Below, one piece after another: positions 9,283-18,358 of a DNA stretch of 64,000 nt (position 1 is its first letter; the number at the start of each line of letters is the position of its first letter). The DNA comes from Thermodesulfobacteriota bacterium. GTDB lineage: Bacteria; Desulfobacterota; Desulfobulbia; Desulfobulbales; SURF-16. The notes beneath the pieces were generated by a model, which was not told the DNA's origin, did not search any database, and was given only the letters and a program-made list of their open reading frames with translations. A program made the translations under genes and the position numbers. Location: the NCBI GenBank assembly GCA_040755455.1, contig JBFMAY010000018.1, positions 8,872 through 72,871 of the forward strand. The letters are read 5' to 3'.

Positions 9283-10074
9283 TTATATGCTTAAGCTTAC
9301 TTTGGTGTCCAGCCCAAGTTTTAATTTTTCAGCAGCATTTCCCTGGTAGATGCCGATCTCGAGCAGGTCACGGCTGCCGAATAGGGCAACCGGCCTGTCA
9401 ATGGCCACCGCACTGTACGCCGTGGCGACCCCGTGGATTGTCAATGCGCCAACCCTCACCCGCAGGTTTTGAAAGTTAGCGGAACAGAATCGGCTGGCGA
9501 CCTCTCTGCTGATATTGGTGATGAGGTTGCCGAAGTGGTCGATGTCCGTCACCGTCCCGCACAGGGTGGTGCCGCAAAGTGAGGGAGCCGGCGAGGCAAG
9601 GCTGACCAGTGATTCCCGGGCGATTTCAGGTCCGGTGCCGTGGGGCGGGAAGTTGCAGGCAAGATGGGCCGCCACCGGGGCGAAGATATCCCGGCCATGA
9701 AAGGTGTGGCTGACCGGTGCAAGAAACAGGTCGCTGTTGCTTACCGCGTAAACCTTGCCGGTTTGCGGGAAGAGAAGACTTGTCACACCGTTATCCGGCG
9801 CCAAGAAAAGATGGCCGCGGGCTTCGCGCAGGATGATGCGGCGGCTGCCGCCCACCCCTGGGTCAACCACCACAACATGGATGGTGCCCGGCGGGAAATA
9901 GCTGAATGCCGAGGCAATAATCTGTGCCGCCTGCCGTACATCCTGGGGCCTGATACCGTGGGTGATATCCACAATCCTTGCGGCAGGGCACCTGCTGTAA
10001 ATAACTCCTTTCATAACCCCGACATATTCGTCGCGTAAGCCGAAATCTGTGGTTAATGTTATCAGCGGCGTCAT
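9283..10074 (-). CDS. SAM hydroxide adenosyltransferase (DUF62 family)
   Basis: ITLTTDFG, VVDPGVG, TFHGRDIFAP, DHFGNLITN motifs. Confidence 0.88.
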   Translation of the reverse strand: MTPLITLTTDFGLRDEYVGVMKGVIYSRCPAARIVDITHGIRPQDVRQAAQIIASAFSYFPPGTIHVVVVDPGVGGSRRIILREARGHLFLAPDNGVTSLLFPQTGKVYAVSNSDLFLAPVSHTFHGRDIFAPVAAHLACNFPPHGTGPEIARESLVSLASPAPSLCGTTLCGTVTDIDHFGNLITNISREVASRFCSANFQNLRVRVGALTIHGVATAYSAVAIDRPVALFGSRDLLEIGIYQGNAAEKLKLGLDTKVSLSI

Positions 10075-10089
10075 GGTCTGCGGTTCCTG

Positions 10090-11001
10090 TCATTGGGCCA
10101 GCCGGCTTACCCCGACAAGTTGAACCTGGCCGTGCAGTTTGGTCCGGTATTGTCTGAGGGCATCAAGGGTTGCCTGGTGCGGGTGACCGATGGCGATGGC
10201 TGACCCTCTCTGCCTGGCAAGACTGATCAACGTATCGAGCTGTTTCATCACCTGCTGCGCGTTCTGGCTGTTGTCGATAAAAATATCCCTCTGGGCTGTT
10301 TTCAGCCCCATCTCTTTTGCCATGGCAAAACCGACTGATCCGGCTGAGGTGAGGCTGTCCAGGAAAAAAAGATTGTTCTCCTTGAGCAGAGCAAGGCACG
10401 CCCGCATGGCGGCGCGGTTCTCGGTGAAGCTGGAACCCATGTGATTGTTGACGCCTATGGCATGGGGCACTGCGGCGATATCCCTGGCAAGGGTTGCCTG
10501 GATTTGCTTGCCGCTCATGCGGGTCAACAGGGCGCCGGTACCCGGGGTCCATTTGCTGTCCTGTGGTTCCATGGGCAGATGGAGAAGAATATCCCGGTTT
10601 TTTCGCCGGGCCTCGGCCAATTGGGTGGCGGTGTTGGGGCCGAAAGGCAGAAAGGCAAACGACAGGTTCAGATCAAGGGCGAGGAGGTCGGCGCAGATGC
10701 CATCCTTAAACCCCATGTCGTCAATGATGATGCTGACCAGGGGCAACGGAACGGCATTTGGCGATTTTTGGGCAGGAACCGTGGTGGCCGGGGGCGAAAT
10801 GGCAGGTTTCTCAGGCACAACGGCCGGCCTTTTTTGTGGGACCGTGGCCAGCGGCGGGGAGAGACGCTTGATGGTGCCCGGCCGCAGCAAAACAAGATAA
10901 ACGGTGGCCCCGATGCTGCACAGCACGAGCAGAAAAAGGGTAATCCACAGCAGCGGGCCCTTTTTGCCTCGTTTTTTTCTGGCAGTTTTTTTTCTGGCCA
11001 T
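10090..11001 (-). CDS. Divergent polysaccharide deacetylase (YibQ family)
   Basis: IIIDDMG, HLPMEP, NNHMGS, FLDSLT, AIGHP; N-terminal TM anchor. Confidence 0.9.
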   Translation of the reverse strand: MARKKTARKKRGKKGPLLWITLFLLVLCSIGATVYLVLLRPGTIKRLSPPLATVPQKRPAVVPEKPAISPPATTVPAQKSPNAVPLPLVSIIIDDMGFKDGICADLLALDLNLSFAFLPFGPNTATQLAEARRKNRDILLHLPMEPQDSKWTPGTGALLTRMSGKQIQATLARDIAAVPHAIGVNNHMGSSFTENRAAMRACLALLKENNLFFLDSLTSAGSVGFAMAKEMGLKTAQRDIFIDNSQNAQQVMKQLDTLISLARQRGSAIAIGHPHQATLDALRQYRTKLHGQVQLVGVSRLAQ

Positions 11002-12024
11002 TTATTTCTGCCGGGTGAGCACGTAATGGGCCAGTCCTGACAGGATCCGGCGCGATTGGCAGTCGGGGAAAACGGCAAGTGCTGCTAATGCCGCTTCGAC
11101 CAGCGCCTCAGCCCCCTGCCTGGCATAGGCGAAGCCGCCGTATTGTTCAATAACCTCATGCACCTCATCGATTTTTTCCGCCCGCACCGCGGCATCTCCC
11201 ATGAGCAGATCCATCATGTGATCGCGCTCCCCGCCCGCACAGTTCTGCAAGGCATGAATCAAAGGCAGGGTCATCTTGCCTTCGACAAAATCGTTGCCGA
11301 CGGCTTTGCCGGTTTTATTGGGATCGCCCTGGTAATCGAGGAGATCATCAATGACCTGAAAGGCAAGGCCCAGGGCATCGCCATAGCTGCGCAGGGCCTG
11401 CTGGTGCTCGTTGCCGCCTTCGGCAAAATAGGCGCCGACCTCGCAGGCCGCGCTGATGAGACAGCCGGTTTTGCCGCGCAGCACGGCAAAATAATTTTCC
11501 TCCGAAAGATTGCGCTCCTGCACGGTCTGCATCTGCCGGAATTCGGCCTGGATCATGGCTGCGGTGGCGCTGCCGATGAGCGAGAGGGTATGGGGGTCAC
11601 CCACGGTGCCTGCCATGGTCATGGCCCGGGTGTGCAGAAAATCACCGGCCAGGATGACTTGGGTGTTGCCCCAGACGCTGTTGGCCGAGGGTTTGCCCCG
11701 CCGTTTGCCGGCGTTATCAATCACATCATCATGCAGCAGGCTTGCCCCGTGGAGAAATTCAAAAACAGCGGCCAGCCTGTACAGATTGACCGGCGGGGTC
11801 AGCTCATCCTCTGCCGCCAGCCCTTCGGGCATGCGGGCAAAGGCGCACAGCCGGGCCGCCAGCACGGTCAGGACCGGCCGGATCCTTTTGCCGCCGTTGA
11901 AAAGGGCATATTCCAGAATTTGCTGAAGCCTTGCATCGCCGCATTGAGAGATCTCACTGCGCATGGTTGCATTTATTTGCTCGATATCCGGTTGCAGCAG
12001 GCTGAGCAGTTCATTTTTATCCAC
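11002..12024 (-). CDS. ispB: Polyprenyl diphosphate synthase (octaprenyl type)
   Basis: GGKRIRP, LLHDDVID..RRG, AFQVIDDLLD; probable GTG start at 12024 after AGGAG. Confidence 0.85.
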   Translation of the reverse strand: MDKNELLSLLQPDIEQINATMRSEISQCGDARLQQILEYALFNGGKRIRPVLTVLAARLCAFARMPEGLAAEDELTPPVNLYRLAAVFEFLHGASLLHDDVIDNAGKRRGKPSANSVWGNTQVILAGDFLHTRAMTMAGTVGDPHTLSLIGSATAAMIQAEFRQMQTVQERNLSEENYFAVLRGKTGCLISAACEVGAYFAEGGNEHQQALRSYGDALGLAFQVIDDLLDYQGDPNKTGKAVGNDFVEGKMTLPLIHALQNCAGGERDHMMDLLMGDAAVRAEKIDEVHEVIEQYGGFAYARQGAEALVEAALAALAVFPDCQSRRILSGLAHYVLTRQK

Positions 12025-14050
12025 ATTGTTCTCCTGTCTCTGAAGGGGTTTTGCGTAAGGGCGGTTCGCCAACCGTCCCTGTCGGCACCGTATTTTCCTG
12101 AAAAAAACCGGATACCTCCTCAAGGGTTCTGATGATCGGGCTGTCAGGCAGGCTTTTCAGAAAAAGACGGCCATAGTGTTTGCTGAACAGTCGGACATCC
12201 AGAATGGCCAGCAGGCCGGAGTCAGTGGATGAGCGCATCAGCCGGCCAAGCCCCTGGCGCAGGGTCAGGATGGCCCTGGGTATCTGGAAATCCACAAAGG
12301 GATTGCCGCCCGCTTCCCTGATTTTATTAATCCGGGCCATGATAACAGGATCATTGGGAACTTCAAAGGGAAGCTTGTCAATGATCACGCAACTCAAGGT
12401 TTCACCCGGCACGTCCACCCCTTCCCAGAAACTGGCAACCGCCAGCAGAACGGAATGGGTTTCGTTGCTGAAACGGTCAAGCAGGGTCTGTTTCGGCGCG
12501 CTGCCCTGCATGAAAATCGGGAAAGGCAGCCGCTCGGCGAGATAGTGAAAAACGTACTGCATGGCCTTGATGCTGGTAAAGAGCACCAGGGCCCGGCCCC
12601 GGGATGCCAGCAGGATGTCCAGGATGACGTGCTGCAGTTCTTTTAAGAAAGCAGGGGCGGCAGGTTCAGGCATAGTGGCCGGGACAAACAGCTTGGTCCG
12701 CCCGGCGTAGTCAAACGGCGAGGCCAGGCACAGGCTTGTCGTTGTTGCCGGCAGACCGAGCCGTTCGAAAAAATAGCTGAAGTTGCCCCCGGTGGTCAGC
12801 GTGGCGGAGGTGAAAACAACTGTTTTGACCTCAGGGAATAACGATTTTTGCAGATCCTCGGCAATTTCTATGGGCGAGGCTGCAATGGCAACCGTCTTGT
12901 CGCGCCGCTCATACCAGTATACGGAGGAACGGCGCTGCTGCCCGGTAACGATCTGCAGATTTGCCAGCAGCTCCTGGGCCCGGCGCTGCATGCCGCTCCA
13001 TATGTCGCTGCGCTGCGCCTGGGCGTCAAGCCGCGCGATGAGACCGGACAGGGATTCTGTCAGCAGCAGACACTCTTCCTCCCAGTTGCTTATCTTTTCC
13101 GCGGCCTCATTGAGGGGAAACCGGCCACGCTCCTCGGGGAATATGCGCAGGAAACGGACTGCGCTGCTGGCCAGTCCCTTGGCTGCGCTGGCAATTTTTG
13201 CAAGGGATTGATCAATAACGTTTTCCTGCAGCAGTTTTTCAAGATCCTGGGCCAGGTCAAGCAGCTGGAAGTGACTGACACTGTGGCCGAAATAGCGGGT
13301 GGCGATATTTTCGATGTGATGGGCCTCATCGAAAATAACCGATTCATATCGGGGCAGAACCTCGGCAAAGCCGAAACGCCGCAGGGCGAGATCCGAAAAA
13401 AAGAGATGGTGGTTGACGATCAACAGCTGGGTGCGGGCCGCTTTTTTGCGCAGCTGGTTGATGAAGCAGTCGGCACTGTCCGGACAGCTGGTCCCCAGAC
13501 ATTGACTGGAGGTGGCGCTCACCTCCCGCCACAGGCTGGAATGGTCGGGCAGCCAGTCAAGTTCGGCTCGGTCGCCGGTGTGGGTTGTGGCGAGCCAGCC
13601 GGCAACGGCGTCCAGATGATCGTTGTCGAACAGGGGCAGCTGGGGGGAGTTATAGAGCTGATGCCAGCGGTAGAGGCACAGATAGTTTTGCCGGCCCTTG
13701 ACGCAGAGCGCGGAAAGCTGCGGGGCAATATGTTCTTTGATAAAGGGGATCTCTTTGTTGAGAATCTGCTCCTGCAGGTTCAGGGTGCCGGTGGAAATCA
13801 CCACCTTCTGGCCGCTCAATGTGGCCGGCACAAGATAGGCGAGTGTCTTGCCGATGCCGGTTTCCGCCTCCACGGCAAGCATGCGGTCCGGGGGGGTGGA
13901 CGTGGAAAAAGAGTCATCCACGGCAAAACTCTGGGCCACGGCCATGGCCATGGTCAGTTGTCCCGAGCGGGCTTCAAAGCCGGGCAGCTTCCTGCTGAGA
14001 ATGCCCCCGGCAGAGAAAATTTCTTTGGTTTTATCAAGAAGTTCATCCAT
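12017..14050 (-). CDS. DinG/YoaA family ATP-dependent DNA helicase
   Basis: EAETGIGKT, Fe-S cysteines, FDEAHH, TSATL, FWEGVDVPG, QGLGRLMR; ATG at 14050. Confidence 0.92.
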   Translation of the reverse strand: MDELLDKTKEIFSAGGILSRKLPGFEARSGQLTMAMAVAQSFAVDDSFSTSTPPDRMLAVEAETGIGKTLAYLVPATLSGQKVVISTGTLNLQEQILNKEIPFIKEHIAPQLSALCVKGRQNYLCLYRWHQLYNSPQLPLFDNDHLDAVAGWLATTHTGDRAELDWLPDHSSLWREVSATSSQCLGTSCPDSADCFINQLRKKAARTQLLIVNHHLFFSDLALRRFGFAEVLPRYESVIFDEAHHIENIATRYFGHSVSHFQLLDLAQDLEKLLQENVIDQSLAKIASAAKGLASSAVRFLRIFPEERGRFPLNEAAEKISNWEEECLLLTESLSGLIARLDAQAQRSDIWSGMQRRAQELLANLQIVTGQQRRSSVYWYERRDKTVAIAASPIEIAEDLQKSLFPEVKTVVFTSATLTTGGNFSYFFERLGLPATTTSLCLASPFDYAGRTKLFVPATMPEPAAPAFLKELQHVILDILLASRGRALVLFTSIKAMQYVFHYLAERLPFPIFMQGSAPKQTLLDRFSNETHSVLLAVASFWEGVDVPGETLSCVIIDKLPFEVPNDPVIMARINKIREAGGNPFVDFQIPRAILTLRQGLGRLMRSSTDSGLLAILDVRLFSKHYGRLFLKSLPDSPIIRTLEEVSGFFQENTVPTGTVGEPPLRKTPSETGEQCG

Positions 14051-14165
14051 GCTGATGTCAATCCTGCATGCTACATAACCGCAATAGGATAAAGATACAA
14101 AGAAAAAATACTTTGTATCTGAGCAACTTATGACTAGAATAAAAGAAAAATGAGGAGGTGGGATT

Positions 14166-14609
14166 ATGCAAGTGAAAAAAATTTTGGTGCCGGTTGATTT
14201 CTCGGAAAATTCCAACCGTATTATCCAGTACGGGGCGTATGTGGCCAAACAGTTTGGCGCGGAGATGGAGGCGATTTTCGTTGCCCAGACCTTTCAGGAC
14301 TATTCGGAGTTTTTTGAGCCCCATATGCCGGTTATCCAGTTCGAGGAAGATCTTATCGCCAGTGCCAAGGAGAAGATGAAGTCCTTTCTGGCGGAATCAC
14401 TTGAGCCTTCGGTGGTTTGTCGCGGGGTGGTCATGGCCGGCGATATTGCCGAGACGATTCTCGACTATGCCAAGGAGCAGCAGGTGGATTTAGTCGTCAT
14501 GGGAACCCATGGCTACAAGGGACTGGAAAAGGTTCTTTTCGGCAGTATTGCCGAAAAGGTGGTCAAAAGGTCGCCGTGCCCGGTATTGACGATTAACCCT
14601 TACAGGTAG
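14166..14609 (+). CDS. Universal stress protein (UspA family)
   Basis: KILVPVDFS, DLVVMGTHG, FGSIAEKVV..SPCPVL; GAGGAGG RBS. Confidence 0.95.
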   Translation: MQVKKILVPVDFSENSNRIIQYGAYVAKQFGAEMEAIFVAQTFQDYSEFFEPHMPVIQFEEDLIASAKEKMKSFLAESLEPSVVCRGVVMAGDIAETILDYAKEQQVDLVVMGTHGYKGLEKVLFGSIAEKVVKRSPCPVLTINPYR

Positions 14610-15714
14610 ATTTTCTGCTTGATTTCAGGGCAATGATCCCCATGGGGCTGCCAGTTGCGGCCTGGGGCTGAACCGTTGTTTTACAGACATGGCCCAGTAG
14701 GCGCGTCAGGCTCTCGTTGCAGAGATACACTTCAAGATGGGGCTCAGCGGGGCAATTTCCCCCTTGCCCTGGCTTGGCGGCGGGTTGGCCCCATGCCATG
14801 CAGCCGTTGAATATCTTAGTCCATGCCGCGGCAAGAACAGAGAAGTTCTTCAGGGTATCCGGCGTTGCGCCCTTTGCCGCTGTATCTGCCAGCAGAGAGC
14901 TGAATCCTGCCAGGGTGTCTTGCGCCTCCTCCCTGAATGCCGCCCTGGCATGGAGATAGGCCTCAAGTTCCATTTCATCACTGGCGGGCAAAGGGATACG
15001 AAAGAGGCGCACCGGCCTCTTTTGTGTCAATGTCTCGTTCGCATCAAAGAGAAGTTCAGCCGCATCACTCTGACCGCTGACCAGGATTGGGTAATTGTTG
15101 CGCCGTCTGTCGGCCAGAAAGAGTTTTGCCCAGGCCTTGACAAGAATTTCCGGCCTGACCGGCAACCGGCTTTCCATTTGCTGGAAAGGGGCAAGAGAGA
15201 ATGGGATTTCCGGTTCACCTTTCAGAACCTCAAAAAGTTCCAGCTCTTTGCGGGAAATCGCTGACAGTTCCTTTTGTAACTCCTGCTCCTCCTGATAGAG
15301 GATTTCTGCAAGCTTGAGCAGCAGGCGGGCCTCCCACAGGCCTTCTGTGGCGGCAGCCTGGGCCATGGTATCATCTGCCGAGGGTTTGCCGCCAATTGCC
15401 TGAATCAGGCTTTTAACCGATTGTTCGTCGCGTTTTCGCGCGTTTTCTGCAGTAATGGCGGAAAGGTGGCCGCTGTAAAATTCTGCTTCATTTCCTTTGA
15501 GCTCTCTGATAAGTTGTCGGAACCGGTCCAGGTCGCCCTGAAAGGGGACCGGCGCATATCCTTCACAGAGCTTGGACGCTGTCTCATCTGTGGTTGATTC
15601 GTCAGCTTCTGCAGCAAGGTAGTTGCAGATTTTGTCAAAGAAAACGAGTTCCTGGCTCACTTGCCGGGTGCTGATCGAGGTCTGGGGAAAATACAGGGCA
15701 GTTAATGGCGGCAT
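14593..15714 (-). CDS. Hypothetical protein
   Basis: 373-aa ORF filling the gap; 17-nt convergent overlap with usp; no motif recognised. Confidence 0.7.
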   Translation of the reverse strand: MPPLTALYFPQTSISTRQVSQELVFFDKICNYLAAEADESTTDETASKLCEGYAPVPFQGDLDRFRQLIRELKGNEAEFYSGHLSAITAENARKRDEQSVKSLIQAIGGKPSADDTMAQAAATEGLWEARLLLKLAEILYQEEQELQKELSAISRKELELFEVLKGEPEIPFSLAPFQQMESRLPVRPEILVKAWAKLFLADRRRNNYPILVSGQSDAAELLFDANETLTQKRPVRLFRIPLPASDEMELEAYLHARAAFREEAQDTLAGFSSLLADTAAKGATPDTLKNFSVLAAAWTKIFNGCMAWGQPAAKPGQGGNCPAEPHLEVYLCNESLTRLLGHVCKTTVQPQAATGSPMGIIALKSSRKSTCKG

Positions 15715-15958
15715 AATCTATATAAAAAGTCTGAAATTGGCTGGTTGCGTTAAAAGTCATTGCCGCGAAAAAAATGTTGTGACAATAACCCAATGTACTG
15801 ATTTGCACTTTACGCTGCTCTTTGTATTTTGGCAAGAGTGGTAAATCGTTGTAATGCAATAACTGAAAAATCGCCATACTGTTATCGACAAGGGGCAGGA
15901 ACGAAATGGTTGGAGAGGAAATGGTTATTTCGCAACGGCCCCTAAACCTTAAAACGGC

Positions 15959-16258
15959 ATGAGTCTCATGAGCACAAAAGAAAAAATTTCTCTGTTTCTG
16001 CTTATCGCTGTTTATCTGCTGGTTACCGTCAGATATTTCCCGAACCGGCCAATGGAAACCCTTGCGGCCACGATGAGCCATCTGCTTGAATCCGTTCCCT
16101 ATATTATTGCGGCGACCATAGTGGTGGTTTCGGTGATACAAAAGGTGGTCGGGCAAAAAATGCCGCGCAACAGCATAGCCAGAATCTATCTGACCTTTGG
16201 TCTGATTGCCGAGTTTTTCTTCGGCATGTATCATTATCTCAATCAGGGGCAGATATAG
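15959..16258 (+). CDS. Small hypothetical membrane protein (3 TM)
   Basis: 99-aa ORF with three hydrophobic segments. Confidence 0.7.
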   Translation: MSLMSTKEKISLFLLIAVYLLVTVRYFPNRPMETLAATMSHLLESVPYIIAATIVVVSVIQKVVGQKMPRNSIARIYLTFGLIAEFFFGMYHYLNQGQI

Positions 16259-16267
16259 CGGAGTAAG

Positions 16268-16376
16268 AGTGCCTGAAGCGCGTAAGATGTCTAAAGTACT
16301 TGAAGTTGCGGTACTATCTGATTAGATATTTTCATTAATTTTAGGCATGTTAAGTACTGCAAGTATTTTAGGCACT
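16268..16376. repeat. Imperfect inverted repeat built from degenerate 9-bp units (consensus about RTRCYTAAA)
   Basis: Left arm GTGCCTGAA GCGCGTAAG ATGTCTAAA GTACTTGAA; right arm reverse complement GTGCCTAAA ATACTTGCA GTACTTAAC ATGCCTAAA; AT-rich spacer; between convergent genes. Confidence 0.7.
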
Positions 16377-16383
16377 TCAGAGA

Positions 16384-17253
16384 TTATTTGACGGTCACCG
16401 GGTATTTGTGCTTCAGTTCTTCAACCAGTTGCTTTAATGCCTTTTCGTTGCGGTCGGCTTTGAGCCTGGCCTCGATTTCTTTACTGACCTGCTCCAGGGG
16501 CAGTTTTTCCGGCGCCTTTCTGTCCAGGACATGGATCAGATGCCAACCGAAACTTGTCTGCACCGGCGGGCTGGTTTCACCGGGCTTGGTGGAAAAAGCC
16601 GCGTCTTCAAATTCTTTGACCATCTGCCCCCTGCCGAAATAACCGACATTGCCGCTCCTGTTTTTCGATCCCGGATCTTCTGAAAACTGTTCGGCAAGCG
16701 TGGAAAAGGACTCGCCGTTTTTCAGTTTATCCTGAATCATCTCAATGGATTTTCTGGCCTTTTCCTTGTCTTCCGCGCTGGCATCCGCCTCTGTGCGGAT
16801 GAGGATATGCTGGGCCTGCACCTGTTCGCCCTGTTCGAATTCGCCGCTGTTTTTCCCGTAATAGGAAGCGATTTCTTCCTTGGGGACAGGCGCCTGGATA
16901 TCAAGACGTTTGCTGATGAGCGTTTCCACCAGCACCCTGTTTTTCATCTCATCAATTTTAAGCATTACCAGGGGGTCCTGGTCAATTTTGGCGGAAAGTG
17001 CTTCCTGGACGATGAGGTTGATTTCAACCCAGCGGTTGATCAGCTCTTTTTTCATCTGGTCATTGGAGCGCAGCATGACCTGAATCTGGGGGGGCATCAG
17101 GTCGATCATCATGTCAAGCCGGGAGGATGTCAGTCTGCTGTCACCGACCTGGGCCAGAACGTCATCGGGTTTGGGAAGATTTTCCGCCATGAGCAGGCTG
17201 GGCGAGAACAGCACGAAGAAAGTACCGATGAGCAGAATTTTGCGTGTAAACAT
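16384..17253 (-). CDS. PpiC/parvulin-type peptidyl-prolyl isomerase (PrsA/SurA-like)
   Basis: Signal peptide, AQHILI, FSEDPGS..GNVGYF..GQMVKEFEDAAF, FGWHLI. Confidence 0.92.
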   Translation of the reverse strand: MFTRKILLIGTFFVLFSPSLLMAENLPKPDDVLAQVGDSRLTSSRLDMMIDLMPPQIQVMLRSNDQMKKELINRWVEINLIVQEALSAKIDQDPLVMLKIDEMKNRVLVETLISKRLDIQAPVPKEEIASYYGKNSGEFEQGEQVQAQHILIRTEADASAEDKEKARKSIEMIQDKLKNGESFSTLAEQFSEDPGSKNRSGNVGYFGRGQMVKEFEDAAFSTKPGETSPPVQTSFGWHLIHVLDRKAPEKLPLEQVSKEIEARLKADRNEKALKQLVEELKHKYPVTVK

Positions 17254-17324
17254 GAAGACCCCTCAACAAAGTATGGAAGATGGCGATTGAAAATCAGGAC
17301 GAAAGGCCAGCTGCAACCATTCAA

Positions 17325-18122
17325 TCACCTGATGAGACTGTTATTTTCATGCAGCCCGGATGGTGCGGTGGTGTTTGGCAGCAGAAGGGACTTTTTGCCG
17401 AGCAGGGTCCCCGGGTTGGTCACCGAATTGCAGCCGGTTTGCACCAAGTCCGCCAGGATGGCCCCGAATTTCCGTAAGCCTGAATCAACAGGACCGTTTG
17501 GGGTTCTGATTCTGACATTGCCGGGGGCGAAACGGAGGTTGGCCAGTTTGGTCCCGGCTCCGAGATTAACCTCGTTGCCCAGTATGCTGTCGCCTAGATA
17601 GGCAAAGTGTCCGGCCTTGGCATCGTCCATAAAAATGGAGTGTTTCACTTCCGTGACATGGCCGACGACACATCTTCTGCCAATCAGGCAGTAGCCACGC
17701 AGATAGGCGCCCTGTCTGATTTCCGTCATGTCGCCGATGATGGTCGGTGAGGCGATAAAGGCGCCGGGCTCCACTTTTACCCCTTTGCCGAATTGTATCT
17801 TGTCGCCGACCAGGACGGTTCCCGCCATGATGACGCTGGCTCCGGCAAGCAGCTCTTTGCCCCTGAACACCTTCAGCTTGCCTTTGGTGGCGTCTCCGTA
17901 CTCGATTGTCAGCCCATGCCCATCCAGGAAAACATTATCATAGTAGACAAGGGTTTTGAGCAAAGGTTCGTTTTTTTTTATATCATCCGGCAGGGCAGGA
18001 TAGTGCAGGCTCTCCATATAGGATTTAAGTTTTTTGAGCCCGTCCCAGACGTATTCGGCTGAGGAAAAAATTTCACCGTGTTCAAAGAGGGAGAGGTCGA
18101 AAAAAGAGGCTGGGTTCAGCAT
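17325..18122 (-). CDS. Left-handed beta-helix acyltransferase resembling the C-terminal domain of archaeal-type GlmU
   Basis: Hexapeptide repeats, EVKHSI, HFAYLGDSILG..VNLGAGT, KFGAIL..QTGCNSVTNPGT; no nucleotidyltransferase domain. Confidence 0.75.
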   Translation of the reverse strand: MLNPASFFDLSLFEHGEIFSSAEYVWDGLKKLKSYMESLHYPALPDDIKKNEPLLKTLVYYDNVFLDGHGLTIEYGDATKGKLKVFRGKELLAGASVIMAGTVLVGDKIQFGKGVKVEPGAFIASPTIIGDMTEIRQGAYLRGYCLIGRRCVVGHVTEVKHSIFMDDAKAGHFAYLGDSILGNEVNLGAGTKLANLRFAPGNVRIRTPNGPVDSGLRKFGAILADLVQTGCNSVTNPGTLLGKKSLLLPNTTAPSGLHENNSLIR

Positions 18123-18358
18123 AGGATCATGTCATCTCCATTGGTATTTAAGGTTTTTTGCCATGGCATATAATGGAGCAAATCGCAATTAAGTTCAACA
18201 GATTTTCTATAAAAAGACGGCGGCAGGCATTGGCTTTACTTGACTTAACAGGGCGCAATGTTTAGTGTAAAAACCTTGGCAAAAATGGTAGAGTAGTGAC
18301 GTTATGTCAGCTTTATTGACTGGCATCTTACTTTTTATAGGCTGAAGGGAGGTATCCT

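Noticed and set aside
9283..10074. Possible SAM-dependent chlorinase/fluorinase
   Set aside because: It has TFHGRD plus the DPG and Arg residues of the Asp-Arg-His triad of DUF62 SAM hydrolases; halogenases have Tyr (TFY) here.
18123..18358. CIRCE or other heat-shock operator upstream of lon
   Set aside because: No TTAGCACTC-N9-GAGTGCTAA match; only a generic TTGACT -35-like hexamer.
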